64,000 nucleotides of DNA, taken from Blepharisma stoltei ATCC 30299 (taxonomy: Eukaryota > Protista > Ciliophora). Positions 36,329 to 47,130 of this stretch are shown here, piece by piece. How positions within the stretch are numbered: position 1 is the stretch's first letter; every line of letters begins with the position of its first letter. Below the pieces are notes generated by a model. The model was not told the origin of the DNA, did not search any database, and saw only the letters and a list, made by a program, of their open reading frames with translations. A program made the position numbers and the translations under genes. The DNA lies in assembly GCA_965603825.1 (NCBI GenBank), contig CBFDEM010000001.1, forward strand, positions 558,001 through 622,000, read 5' to 3'.

Positions 36329-37726
36329 TTAATTTGGGCTTCCTCTTTTGATGCATCTCTGATAATGCGTTTTTTCATTAAGCTGCTTCATGTTAGTAAA
36401 GTCCATAAGATATGCTCTATCATTTGACCCTTGCACAAGGGCTAGCTGGTTATCTGCTCTTAATTTATAAGCTTGCTCTATTTGTCTTGACGCTTCTGCC
36501 GTGTATGGCTTGAACTGCCCATCGTCATCTTGCCAGAACCATGGGATATCTCCTGCCATAGCTTGATTTCTATCATTATTCCCATCCAACCTCCTTACAG
36601 TCCTTGTAATATTTGAGTTCATCATTTGCTGTATATGAGGTTTTCCGAATATTATCCTATAATTTGTGCCGTTGTTGCTTATTGCTACGCCCTGACGCTT
36701 GTAATATGCACTTTCTATTATTCTGCATTGAGTATCTGAATAATTGACTGGTGAGCCATCGTCAGCGATCCAGCATCATATTATGTTAGGCTTGACTTCA
36801 TTAATCTTTTCTCTTAGAAACTTTAAGGCTTGCTCTAATTGAGCATTATTATTTCCTCTCAAAACTCATTGATTTCCATTGTAGGTCAATCCTGATAGAT
36901 TGAATTGGTTTTTGATAAAAACTTCAAGCCCGAATTGTTTAATGAGGTTTGCCTTGTCTGGGCTGCAGGGTTCAACTTTTTCTAGATCGATCATTTGGTT
37001 TTGATTTTGGAAAGCTTGCTGCTGATTAGGCTGATTTGCAGGATAAGGTTGGTTAAAAGAACCTAAATTTTGAGGACTCGGATTAGGTGGAACAAAATTA
37101 GGGGAATTAAAATTTTGAGAATTTGGATTAGGCACACCAAAACTAGGGGGATTAAAATTTTGAGAGCTTTGCATAGGTGGGTTATAATTAGGCTGATTCC
37201 CATATTGAGGGTTTGGACTAGGAGCCTGAGCGTACGCTTGAGGAAAATTCACGGGTCTTTGCACTGGAGGATTGATTGGAAGATTTTGATACATGCCAGG
37301 TTGTGGATTTCTCATAGGGATATTTATCGGATTGCCACCTACTTGAGGACTTTTAAACTGAGGCGCTTGTATGGAGATGTTTGGTCGATTAAGTCCTGCT
37401 TGGGGATTTTGGAAAATCTGGTTTGGGTAATTTTGCAAGCCAGGTTGTTGAGGTATGAAGTTGTTCCCAACATTAGGGTCAATATTGGCCCTTGGCTGAG
37501 GAACATTTGATGGAGGTCTATTAAGCACTGGAATTCCAGATGGCATATTTGACATTTGAAAGCTATTTAAGCCTTGCCCTGGTTGATATGGGTGGCTTGC
37601 TATCCCTTGGCCTGGGGGTAAAAAATTGATCCCATCTTGTGAATTCCTTGGCGCCGTTCTCAAAGTATTTGGTGCTTGGCTATTTGCTACGTTAGGATAC
37701 TTTAAATTCAATTCCTGCTGGGCCAT
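36329..37726 (-). CDS. P/Q/N-rich N-terminus + tandem WWE domain protein
   Basis: IW(TGA)CWIADDGSPVNYSDTQCRIIESAY and PWFWQDDDGQFKPYTAEASRQIEQAY...YLMDFTNMKQLNEKTHYQRCIKR. ATG at 37726. Confidence 0.8.
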
Positions 37727-38254
37727 AATTATTACGACAACGAATTCTACATATTTATTCAAGCATGCTAAATTCAAGCTTATAAAAGTCAATCAGAAAA
37801 TTGATTTTGAAAAAAGAATTAAAATGACAAAATTTTTGATTTTTTAGGATTAAAAATTGTTTAAATAGCATTTAAAATATTAGGCGTTCTATAAAATTTC
37901 ATTATATCGAATAATTGCTTCTCTTTAGGGCTATATATATAATCAATGCATATTTAGCTACTGAAATTTTCATAGAATTCTTGGATGGAATTTCAAGAAA
38001 TTGATTTTGTTACAACCATATTTAGGTAGCATTTCAATAAAATATTTTCATAAATATCAATAATCAGTTATAAAGAATTTATGAAATCCTTATATGCTAT
38101 TAATAATTAAAATGATTGCCTTAGATGTGCCAATGATGATTCTCTACAATATTTTCTTAACACATATTAAAGCTCTTATAGCAGAATAGTTTAGTGCCTG
38201 ACATTGAGATAATCGAAAATAAAAAAAAGAATTATTAATCTAATTTATGCCTAA

Positions 38255-38893
38255 TTAGTGCTTTGATCCGTGCTGGGACTGCCAAAAATTCTGAAGTTTG
38301 TCACTTTCATGATCAGGAACCATTGTGGCTGCACCAGGAGTCCATGACTCAGGGCAGACTTCTCCATATGTATCAGTGTATTGGTAGCCTTGGACTAATC
38401 TTAAGATTTCTCTGACATTTCTTCCGACTGGAAGGTCATTCATTGCGATGTGTCTTACAACTCCATTAGCATCAATAATATAAGTAGCTCTTAGGTGAAC
38501 TCCTTCATCTCCTGAGTGGTCAAGATAGCAGCCATAGTCCTTTCCAATCTGCTTGTTGAGATCTGCAATCATAGGAATCTGCATTCTTCCAAGTCCTCCA
38601 TCAGCTCTTGATTTGAGGGTGTATTCTCTATGGGTGAATACAGAATCTACAGAGCAAGCTAAAACTTCGCAGTTGTTAGCTCTGAATTCTGGAGCCATAT
38701 CGTTGAATTGGCAAATTTCAGTTGGACAGACAAAGGTGAAATCTAGTGGGTAGAAGAAAAGCACAACATATTTGCCTTTGTAGTCAGAAAGAGAAACTTG
38801 GCGGATTCTGTTTCCGTCCCAAGCATTAACTGTAAAAGCTGGAGCTGGTTTTCTGATTTCAACCTTAGGGCAATATGTTCTTTGGCAAGCCAT
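38255..38893 (-). CDS. Typical 2-Cys peroxiredoxin
   Basis: FFYPLDFTFVCPTEI, NDLPVGRN, GEVCPESW. Confidence 0.95.
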   Translation of the reverse strand: MACQRTYCPKVEIRKPAPAFTVNAWDGNRIRQVSLSDYKGKYVVLFFYPLDFTFVCPTEICQFNDMAPEFRANNCEVLACSVDSVFTHREYTLKSRADGGLGRMQIPMIADLNKQIGKDYGCYLDHSGDEGVHLRATYIIDANGVVRHIAMNDLPVGRNVREILRLVQGYQYTDTYGEVCPESWTPGAATMVPDHESDKLQNFWQSQHGSKH

Positions 38894-38976
38894 TATTTTA
38901 TTATAACTTATGTGGTGAATATTTCTTAAAAATGGCACAAATTATTCAGTAATAAATTTAACTTATTAAGCACAAA

Positions 38977-41514
38977 TTAAAAATGTTTGACTTTAAACAC
39001 CCATATCTTGGAATTTGAGTCCCAGCTGACAAATTCACTCCCGTCTCGCTCTCCCAGTTTTTTAAGCTTCTGTACAAAAATATTATCTGGCACCTCCTTC
39101 TTCGTCATACAGTTAAATAAATACACAGTCGCTGGCTTATTGAGTCCTTCCCCAATTTTTGGCTTATTTTCATCAGAATCATCCGGATAAACAGTAACCT
39201 CGCTCTGTTTTATATCTACAAGCTTATCTAAATCCAGTCCTATCACACTTGTTTCCCCTTCAAACACGATTTTTCCATACTCATTTTCTACAGTAAAGTT
39301 TTTGATTCTTTTAAGCTCATCACTAGTCATTCTTGCCAATTCTATAATTGAAGGTTTTGTGGAGTAATTATTTTTCGTTAGTTTTGGCAGCTGTTCTGCT
39401 GGAGCTAATTTTTGCTTGGAATCTTGTGGGTCTTGGGTGACTATAACGTCGATTACATCATGATGGACCATGCTGAGAGATTTTACTGTATCAGAGTCTT
39501 GTAGTATTTTTGATTTAAAAACTAATTGAATTCTAGATTCTTCGATTCCTTCAAGGTGTTTTGAGACTTGATACCTGATTTCTTTTATTGAAGTTTTAGA
39601 AGCGACTGGAATTGTCATTCTTATTGGAAATGGGTTATAAGCGACTACCAAGATTTCAGTTGTATTGACATGTCTTACTGTGCTTGGGGTAGGGGAAACT
39701 ACTTTGAAATATTTTGTATTGTCTTCGTCATGATATTCTTCAAGCTTGACTCCTTCAAAAGATGGTCTCTTTGTGATGATAAATCTTTCCTTGCTTGGAA
39801 TTGATAGTAATCCAAATGGCTCAGATTTTTTTGAAGGTGTATATGATTTTTTTTCTAAATTTTGTCTCCAATTGTCATTACCCAAATCATAGTTAATTTT
39901 TGGTGTAGACGATGCACGGTTAATTATACTTTTATGCTCAGGCTGCTGCTGAATAGAAGCCATATTTTTCTTGTACTCATCCAGAAGGCTATCTGGGGAT
40001 TTTCCAGGGAAAAGTAAAGACAGCCCATGAGGGTCTTTTGATGCAGTTAAAATTGTTTCCATCTGTGGAGGAATCTGAGATTGGCCAAACATCCCAGGTT
40101 GAGTTGGAGCTCCAAAGTATCCTGGTTTTTGGGTATTTGCAAAAAGGCTTCCTCCGCCCATAGGCTGTGACCCACCAAATAAGCTGCTTTGAGCTTGTTG
40201 AGGCTGAGAAAAGAATGAAGGCTGAGAGCCAGGCTGCTGGCTATTATTGAATAAAGTTCCACCTAATTGGCTTGTAGAAGCTCCTCCAAAGAGACTATTA
40301 GATGTAGCTCCTCCAAATAGAGAATTTGGCTGTGTTGCGCCTAAGTTACTTTGCTGAGGAGTTGCTGAAAATAATGAGGTTTGAGGCTGGCTTGTAGCTC
40401 CTCCAAATAAAGAACCAGGCTGTGCAGGCTGCTGGTTAAAAGCAGGCTGACCTGGGGTTAGGCTGTTATTTCCAAATAAAGATCTATTTGGTGACTGATT
40501 ATTTGGGTTCATTATATTTGTCGCTGGGTTAAATAAAGACTGTTGGCCTTGCTGTGGATTTTGTGAGAAAAGTGAATTTGACTGAGGGAATAATGATGAG
40601 GACTGCTGAGGAGGCTGAGCTTGAGGCTGGCCAAATGGGTTTCCTCCACCACCAAATAAAGAAGTTCCAGAAGCAGGCGCTGCCAATGTATTTGGAGCTG
40701 TTGTAGGCCTAAACAATGTAGACTGTCCAGGTGTCTGTTGATTAGGCATCATAGTGTTATTCCCAAAAAGTGTAGTTGTTGGAGGTTTCCATTGGTTTTG
40801 CTGATTATTTCCTCCAAAATTTGGCAACGCAGCGTTATTTTGCATAGGTGTTGAGGTCGCTCCAAATAGTCCAGTTTGTCCTGAAAATGAAGGTGTAGGC
40901 TGCCCCATCATTGATGTCATACCAGCCTGAGTATTTCTCTTATGGCCATCATTACATTTATAATCTTCAAATCTTAATTCTTCAGTCGTCTTTGACTGAT
41001 ATTCTTGTATTGCAGTAATATGCGCTACATTTATATTCGCCCCAGCATCATCTCTAATAGCGGTAGGTCGATATTTGCTCATCAGTGATCCTTTGCCTTG
41101 ATTCATCATATTTCCCATCGGCATTTGTTGGTAACCAGTTTGAAAAGTTCCCATAGGACTTGTCATAGGCTGAGAAAATCCCATAGTGTTATTTGGGAAT
41201 GTTGGGGCTGTCTGCATACCAAATGATTGCTGATTTCCAAAGCCTGGAACTGAAGACTGAGAAAATTGAGTGGGTTGCTGGACAGGGTTTGCACCAAAAG
41301 TGCCTTGGCTAAAGCCAGGCGTCATAAAGGAGGTTGTAGGGACTGACGCTGGCATTGCAGAAGGAACTCCAAAACCTCCTTGTGGAGGAGCGTTGAAATT
41401 TGAAGCAAAAGGCTGAGATGTAGGCTGGAATGATGAGGAAAAATTACTGCCGAAGCCTTGCATGCCCATTTGAGCAGGCTGGCGAAATAGACCTGGCTGA
41501 GATTGCATGTTCAT
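38977..41514 (-). CDS. NUP98: Nucleoporin Nup98 (FG repeats, GLEBS, autoproteolytic domain; no Nup96 part)
   Basis: SLFG/GLFG/TLFG repeats, ITAIQEYQSKTTEELRFEDY (GLEBS), PKIGEGLNKPATVYL...WVFKVKHF-stop. Confidence 0.9.
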   Translation of the reverse strand: MNMQSQPGLFRQPAQMGMQGFGSNFSSSFQPTSQPFASNFNAPPQGGFGVPSAMPASVPTTSFMTPGFSQGTFGANPVQQPTQFSQSSVPGFGNQQSFGMQTAPTFPNNTMGFSQPMTSPMGTFQTGYQQMPMGNMMNQGKGSLMSKYRPTAIRDDAGANINVAHITAIQEYQSKTTEELRFEDYKCNDGHKRNTQAGMTSMMGQPTPSFSGQTGLFGATSTPMQNNAALPNFGGNNQQNQWKPPTTTLFGNNTMMPNQQTPGQSTLFRPTTAPNTLAAPASGTSLFGGGGNPFGQPQAQPPQQSSSLFPQSNSLFSQNPQQGQQSLFNPATNIMNPNNQSPNRSLFGNNSLTPGQPAFNQQPAQPGSLFGGATSQPQTSLFSATPQQSNLGATQPNSLFGGATSNSLFGGASTSQLGGTLFNNSQQPGSQPSFFSQPQQAQSSLFGGSQPMGGGSLFANTQKPGYFGAPTQPGMFGQSQIPPQMETILTASKDPHGLSLLFPGKSPDSLLDEYKKNMASIQQQPEHKSIINRASSTPKINYDLGNDNWRQNLEKKSYTPSKKSEPFGLLSIPSKERFIITKRPSFEGVKLEEYHDEDNTKYFKVVSPTPSTVRHVNTTEILVVAYNPFPIRMTIPVASKTSIKEIRYQVSKHLEGIEESRIQLVFKSKILQDSDTVKSLSMVHHDVIDVIVTQDPQDSKQKLAPAEQLPKLTKNNYSTKPSIIELARMTSDELKRIKNFTVENEYGKIVFEGETSVIGLDLDKLVDIKQSEVTVYPDDSDENKPKIGEGLNKPATVYLFNCMTKKEVPDNIFVQKLKKLGERDGSEFVSWDSNSKIWVFKVKHF

Positions 41515-41980
41515 TTTATTATTATTAACTGTAAATAGGAAATAGGAAAAATATGCAGACGCAAAGAAAATTATTAATTTAAAAGAATAGAAGTAAATTA
41601 AGATAATACTTAGCAATTTTATTAAATTTAATTCAGATTGTGAAGCAAAGATATTTTTGATCAGAAAGATTTTTCTAGATGAAAATAATATTTAGGGATA
41701 TAGAGAGATAGCTTAATTTGCTATAAAGCTGAAAGCGAAGATTAATGTGTTTTATTTGTTATTGATTAATAGTGATTAGGTACCTTTATGCATGTATTGA
41801 GTTGACAAGCAGAAGTATTGGTTAGTTTTTAATTAAAATAAAACCCCTTTAATAAATCAAGCAACAATCAATTTGATATTTAGAGAGAAGCAGGAATGTT
41901 AACTATTTTAAATATATTTTCGAATTAGAAGACTTATTAAAATTGTGTAAATATCATATCCAAAATTGATTTAAATAATT

Positions 41981-42436
41981 TTAATTTTCTTTTATTAAAA
42001 TTGAGGGCAAGGCTGGAATGTCATCATATTTCAAAGGAGAAATCGATCTAAGACCTACTTGTAATGGATAAAAAAGATCAAGCTTCATCATTTCTTCCCA
42101 TGTCACCCACATCCAGTCTTCGCTTTTATGTGGTTCAAGATTTTCAGGAGTTTGATTTTCAGGAATTTGCAATGCGGCATAGAAAGATACTGCATGGCTT
42201 TGCTTTCTTGCAACTAAATTTGCAACTTTAAATACTTTTATATCTTCAATTGAAGATTTAAGCCCAGTTTCTTCTTCTAGCTCTCTCAGTGCTGCTTCTT
42301 CTACTGATTCTAAATACTCAAGTTTTCCTCCAGGTAAGCCAAAGTCATTATAATCTTTTCGCCTGCCCACTAAAATTTGGTCTTGCTTGTTAATAACGAA
42401 AATTCCGACTCCTGCAAACATATGATTAGAGTCCAT
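41981..42436 (-). CDS. Nudix hydrolase, NUDT15-like, copy 1
   Basis: Nudix box GGKLEYLESVEEAALRELEEETGL; PENLEPHK..W.WVTW. Confidence 0.9.
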   Translation of the reverse strand: MDSNHMFAGVGIFVINKQDQILVGRRKDYNDFGLPGGKLEYLESVEEAALRELEEETGLKSSIEDIKVFKVANLVARKQSHAVSFYAALQIPENQTPENLEPHKSEDWMWVTWEEMMKLDLFYPLQVGLRSISPLKYDDIPALPSILIKEN

Positions 42437-42669
42437 ATTAGGTAGGATCAGTATAGTGTAAAATGGTTTACAAAGTGCTAGTAGTGCTTTATAAATTAAT
42501 GATCAAAAATAAATAATTTTTATATTGAAATGAGACCAGTTGAATCCATCTAAATGCAGTTCTATAAGATTATTTTCCAATAAATATTTCTAGGATTATT
42601 AGAAACATGAGAAGTCTGTTATTAATTCACATAGAAGACATTTTTAAAACTATTATTTAAATAATTAAA

Positions 42670-43122
42670 CTATTCTTTTATTAAAATTGAGCGCAAGTCT
42701 GGAATTTCATCATATTTCAAAGGAGAAATCGCTCTAAGCCCTATTCGTAATGGATAAAAAAGCTCAAGCTTCATCATTTCTTCCCACGTCACCCATATCC
42801 AGCCTTCGTTCTTATGTGGCTCAAGATTTTCAGGAGTTTGATTTTCAGGAATTTGCAATGCGGAATAAAAAACCATTGAATGGTCTTGCATTCTTGTAAT
42901 TAAATTTGCAACTTTAAATACCTTTATATCTTCTATTAAAGATTTAAGCCCAGTTTCTTCTTCTAGCTCTCTCAGTGCTGCTTCTTCTACTGATTCTAAA
43001 TACTCAAGTTTTCCTCCTGGTAAGCCAAATTCATTATAATCTGTTCGCCTGCCTACTAAAATTTGGTCTTGCTTGTTAATAACGAAAACTACAACTCCTA
43101 CAACAATATGATTAGAGTCCAT
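42670..43122 (-). CDS. Nudix hydrolase, NUDT15-like, copy 2
   Basis: Tandem duplicate (~690-bp period, flanks also duplicated) with an identical Nudix box. Confidence 0.9.
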   Translation of the reverse strand: MDSNHIVVGVVVFVINKQDQILVGRRTDYNEFGLPGGKLEYLESVEEAALRELEEETGLKSLIEDIKVFKVANLITRMQDHSMVFYSALQIPENQTPENLEPHKNEGWIWVTWEEMMKLELFYPLRIGLRAISPLKYDEIPDLRSILIKE

Positions 43123-43412
43123 ATTAGGTAGGATCAGTATAGTGTAAATGGTTTAAAGAGTGCAGGTAATGTCTGATAATGATCAAAAAATAATAGTTTT
43201 ATAAGACAGTTTATTCTTGCTAATTTCTTAAAGTTATATTTATGTTTTAGCAAAAATAGATAATTTTTGTACTGAAATATTTGCGAATCCAAGCTAGATG
43301 CTGCTTTACAATATTATTTTCCAATAATTTTTCTATGATTATTAGAAACATGAGAAGTCAGTTATTAAATTATGCAGAAAAAATAATTTAAAACTATTAT
43401 TTAAATAATTAA

Positions 43413-44100
43413 ACTATTCTTTTATTAAAAATAAAATTTAATTCTGGAATATCATCATACTTCAAATGGAGAAATAACTCTCTGAAGCTAGGTTATACAG
43501 GTTTGGCTGCTGCCTATTGTTTATATAGCCACAATGATCTTCTCAGAAGGTTAATCTGCTTCATGGATTTGCCACAAAGCTTGATTTCGCATAAATTATG
43601 AATTCACTTGAAAGTTAGCTAGAACACCATCTTACTCCTCCTTTAACTTCTGATATCATAGTCTCATGAAGTGCATTCTATGTCGCCGTCTCCTCCTTGC
43701 CTCTAGGCTCTAGTCAAGTTGTCAGACTATGGAGAAATAGCTCTCAGTCCTATTTGAGGTGGATAAAAAAGCTCAAGCTTCATCGTCTCTTCCCTTGCCT
43801 TTCTTTTCCAGCCGGCACTGTTTATGCAGCTCGAGATTTGCAGGAGTTTGATTTTTAGGAGCTTGCATGGCAGAATAAAAACCGAGTGAACGTTCTTGTA
43901 TTCTTGCAATTAAATTTGAAAATTTAAATACCTTGATTCTCTCTATTGAAGATTTAAGCCCGGCTATTGCTGCTTCAACTGACTCTAAATACTCATTTTT
44001 TCCTCCTGGAAATCCAACCCATTATAATCTGTTCACCTACTTACTAAAACTTGATCTTGTTTATTAATAAAACAAATTCATATGATTAGAATATAGTGTA
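43413..44100 (-). pseudogene. Third, decayed Nudix copy
   Basis: Clear similarity to copies 1 and 2, but the start codon and part of the Nudix box are deleted, it has frameshifts, and it is split by an insertion. Confidence 0.85.
43466..43745. mobile_element. ~246-bp insertion flanked by a 17-bp imperfect direct repeat
   Basis: ATGGAGAAATAACTCTC (43466-43482) and ATGGAGAAATAGCTCTC (43729-43745). The homologous site occurs once in each intact Nudix copy. Confidence 0.55.
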
Positions 44101-44754
44101 AAATTGGTTTAACGATACTTGGGAAAAATAGTAGTGCAGATAGATAATAATTTAAAAGGAATTTTTTGGATTTGCTCCATTTTTGCTATGATTTCTTATA
44201 AATTTTTTAGAAAAAATAAGCGTTAATTGAAATAATTATTGAGATCAGTGATATTCAGACTAGAATCTGCTGAATAAAAAATATTTTCAATAATTATTAT
44301 TAGAAGCAGTTTATGAAATTTAAAAAGTATAATTAAGTTTTCTTGAAAAGATATTCAAAGAGAAATTAATAAATTCATCAAATAAATATATAAGAAAATT
44401 AAAATTTAGGTAGATAATTCAATTTTGAAAATTCTGATTTATTTTTTACTATATATGGAGGATTAAATCTAATTTTCGGGCCTTTTTATTATAATTTCAA
44501 AATATTCCAGTTTTTTGACTAGCCCATCCCATAAATATTGCAATAATATTACTAAACGATAATAAATATAAAAACCCTACAAAGCCAAAATCTTTTATGA
44601 AGCATAATTAGCTCTTTGCTCCTTCTCTAATCTCTATTTTCATTTCCCAATCTCTCCAGCTTCCAACTTCTCCTTCTGTTGAATCCTATTTTACCGTCTT
44701 TTGAATATAATTAAATCCCAGCTTCTTTTTACTTATTAGTAACCAACAATAATT

Positions 44755-47130
44755 ATGCCGGCTAATAGGCAAAAAATCCACGAAGGGATTGTGTTAATAA
44801 CTGATCAGGCAAACTCCAGCACAATGCTTATGTCAATTGAGAACTCTATGATGAAAGTTCTCTCGTTCACCGTTGATCTTTCTGGCTCAGTAAAAGTAAC
44901 GATTGAAGAAGATCCAAACACCTTAGTCCGTACAGTTGATATTCCTCCAAAGCAAACGGTATTGGTCGCGACCATCAAATTGGGCAGAGGGTGTTCTTTG
45001 TCAACCAAGTTCAAGTTTGGCCTTAAAGCACCTCCTGCAGATATGGCCACCTCTATGATCGAAAAAAGCTTGAAGAAGATGGAAGGCAGAATTCAGCTGG
45101 CAAGGGACAATTATCGGTGGGTTGACTTCAATACTTTGCAGAGAAGCCAAGTCCCAGCAGAATTAGGAATTTTCATTGATCCTTATTTTTCACCTTGTGA
45201 CAGGTCGATTTTCTTAGGGAGCGACAAAAAACTGTCAACCGCTGTACAATGGAGAAGACCAAAATCTTTCTTTAAAGGAAACTACTCAGTTTTCTTAGAC
45301 GATATTGAGCCAAACGACATAAAACAAGGCCAACTTGGTGACTGTTGGTTTATGTGTGCCTTAGCAAGTTTAGCTGAAAGACCAGCCCTCGTTGAAAGAT
45401 TATTTGAGTCAAGAGAATCAAGTGACATTGGCTTCTACCAAGTCTGGTTCTGTAAAAGTGGTGAGTGGGTCAGGGTGACCGTAGATGACTATTTCCCTTG
45501 TTTTCCAAAAGACACTCCAATTTTTTCAAGATCCCATGGCAATGAATTATGGGTTTTACTATTAGAAAAAGCTTATGCCAAGCTTCATGGCAGCTATTCC
45601 TTATTAAAAGGTGGCTGGGCTGCTGAAGGAATGATGGACCTTACAGGCTGCCCGACATTGAATTTAGACTTTAATAATGAAGAATCAAAACAGCTTATAC
45701 AAAACGATAGACTGTGGGACATGCTTAAAAGATATGATAATGAAGGGTCATTGATTTCGGCTAGCACTGCAGGAGAAGATAGGTGGACTGAAACAGGAGG
45801 TCCTAATAAAAAAGGTGGACTGGTACCGGGACATGCTTATACAGTTATTCAGTGTAAAGAAGCATATGGGAATAGGCTGCTTAATATTAGAAACCCGTGG
45901 GGGAATTTTGAATGGGATGGAGATTGGTCTGATAGATCAACACTTTGGACTGATGAAATGAAAGAAGCAATTAGACCAATTTTAGATGACAATGATGGGA
46001 CTTTTTGGATGAGCTATAACGATTTCATTGTCCATTTCACTGGTGTCAATATTTGCAGGGTCGACAATTACCATGAATGCAGAATTAAAGGATTTTTCGA
46101 AAGGAAAGAAGTAGATGGGAATGAAATTGTAGCCAGCAAGTGGTACTATTGTGTGCAAGCAAGAGAAGATACTCATGTCATCGTCGGTGTACATCAAGAA
46201 GACGAAAGAATGTATGGCGTCGTCGACAAAAGAGCAAATATCGATCTATCTATTGTCGTCCTCGATGTAACTGACGGCGGCTGTAAGCTTTTCCAAGCCA
46301 AAGAAAGTGTCGTCGAGCGTCAGGTCGAAATTGATCTTGATTTACAAGGCGGCAAAACTTACATTATTTACCCTCGCACCACCGGCTGTGCCTTATCCCG
46401 TCCTCAAGGTGTTAACCCTGAAAAAATTGTCTGGCACGACAACGGCGAGCTCCACCCTCTCTTTGAATCTACCATAAAAGACGTCTTCCGCAAGGCTAAC
46501 AGGATGATTGGCGAAGATTTGTCCTATACCGAATTTAATGAACTTATGAAAAAAGCCAAAGTCAAAATCCCTGAAGAACAGTTCAGAGAGCTCATAAATT
46601 CTTTACCAAGCCATGAAGACGGCCTTACCCAAGAAGGGCTAATTGAATTTATGAGAGAAATGTTTAAACGATATGGAGAAGAAACCATAAGAAAATGGCT
46701 GGTAGCCTGGGGATATGACGATGACTTATTTTCTGTACAGTCAAGAGCGTTCTGTGTGACGTTCCACAGCCCGAAAAGACTGAAAATCCAGATGAGGAAT
46801 GCAGAAAGAAGCGGGCTGCATGAAAAAGTGAACCAGATGTTGATACAGAGGTCTGGGGAAAAGAAAGGGATAACTGATGGGGTGCAGCTGTATTGCTTGA
46901 TGGAGAAGTCTGCGAATGCGTTTACTTATGGGGCTTATAATGATAATAGATATCAAGTCAAAGCAACTTTGGACTGCACAAATAGTGAAGGATTATCATT
47001 TAGTGGGAGAACTAATATTATACAAGTCACAATACCACCAAAAGAATGGAGAATTCTAGCACACTGCCAAATTGCGAAAAACTCAACAGCGTGCAGACTT
47101 CGCCCAGTCCTGAAAGTCAAGAGAGGATAA
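44755..47130 (+). CDS. Calpain-family cysteine protease (CysPc) with EF-hand-like region
   Basis: Intact catalytic triad QGQLGDCWF / GHAY / RNPWG; LLEKAYAKLHGSY. Confidence 0.93.
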   Translation: MPANRQKIHEGIVLITDQANSSTMLMSIENSMMKVLSFTVDLSGSVKVTIEEDPNTLVRTVDIPPKQTVLVATIKLGRGCSLSTKFKFGLKAPPADMATSMIEKSLKKMEGRIQLARDNYRWVDFNTLQRSQVPAELGIFIDPYFSPCDRSIFLGSDKKLSTAVQWRRPKSFFKGNYSVFLDDIEPNDIKQGQLGDCWFMCALASLAERPALVERLFESRESSDIGFYQVWFCKSGEWVRVTVDDYFPCFPKDTPIFSRSHGNELWVLLLEKAYAKLHGSYSLLKGGWAAEGMMDLTGCPTLNLDFNNEESKQLIQNDRLWDMLKRYDNEGSLISASTAGEDRWTETGGPNKKGGLVPGHAYTVIQCKEAYGNRLLNIRNPWGNFEWDGDWSDRSTLWTDEMKEAIRPILDDNDGTFWMSYNDFIVHFTGVNICRVDNYHECRIKGFFERKEVDGNEIVASKWYYCVQAREDTHVIVGVHQEDERMYGVVDKRANIDLSIVVLDVTDGGCKLFQAKESVVERQVEIDLDLQGGKTYIIYPRTTGCALSRPQGVNPEKIVWHDNGELHPLFESTIKDVFRKANRMIGEDLSYTEFNELMKKAKVKIPEEQFRELINSLPSHEDGLTQEGLIEFMREMFKRYGEETIRKWLVAWGYDDDLFSVQSRAFCVTFHSPKRLKIQMRNAERSGLHEKVNQMLIQRSGEKKGITDGVQLYCLMEKSANAFTYGAYNDNRYQVKATLDCTNSEGLSFSGRTNIIQVTIPPKEWRILAHCQIAKNSTACRLRPVLKVKRG

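Noticed and set aside
43483-43728. Faint AP-endonuclease-like words (TWL, KGGV) in the insert
   Set aside because: Too short and broken by stops to call a retroelement protein.
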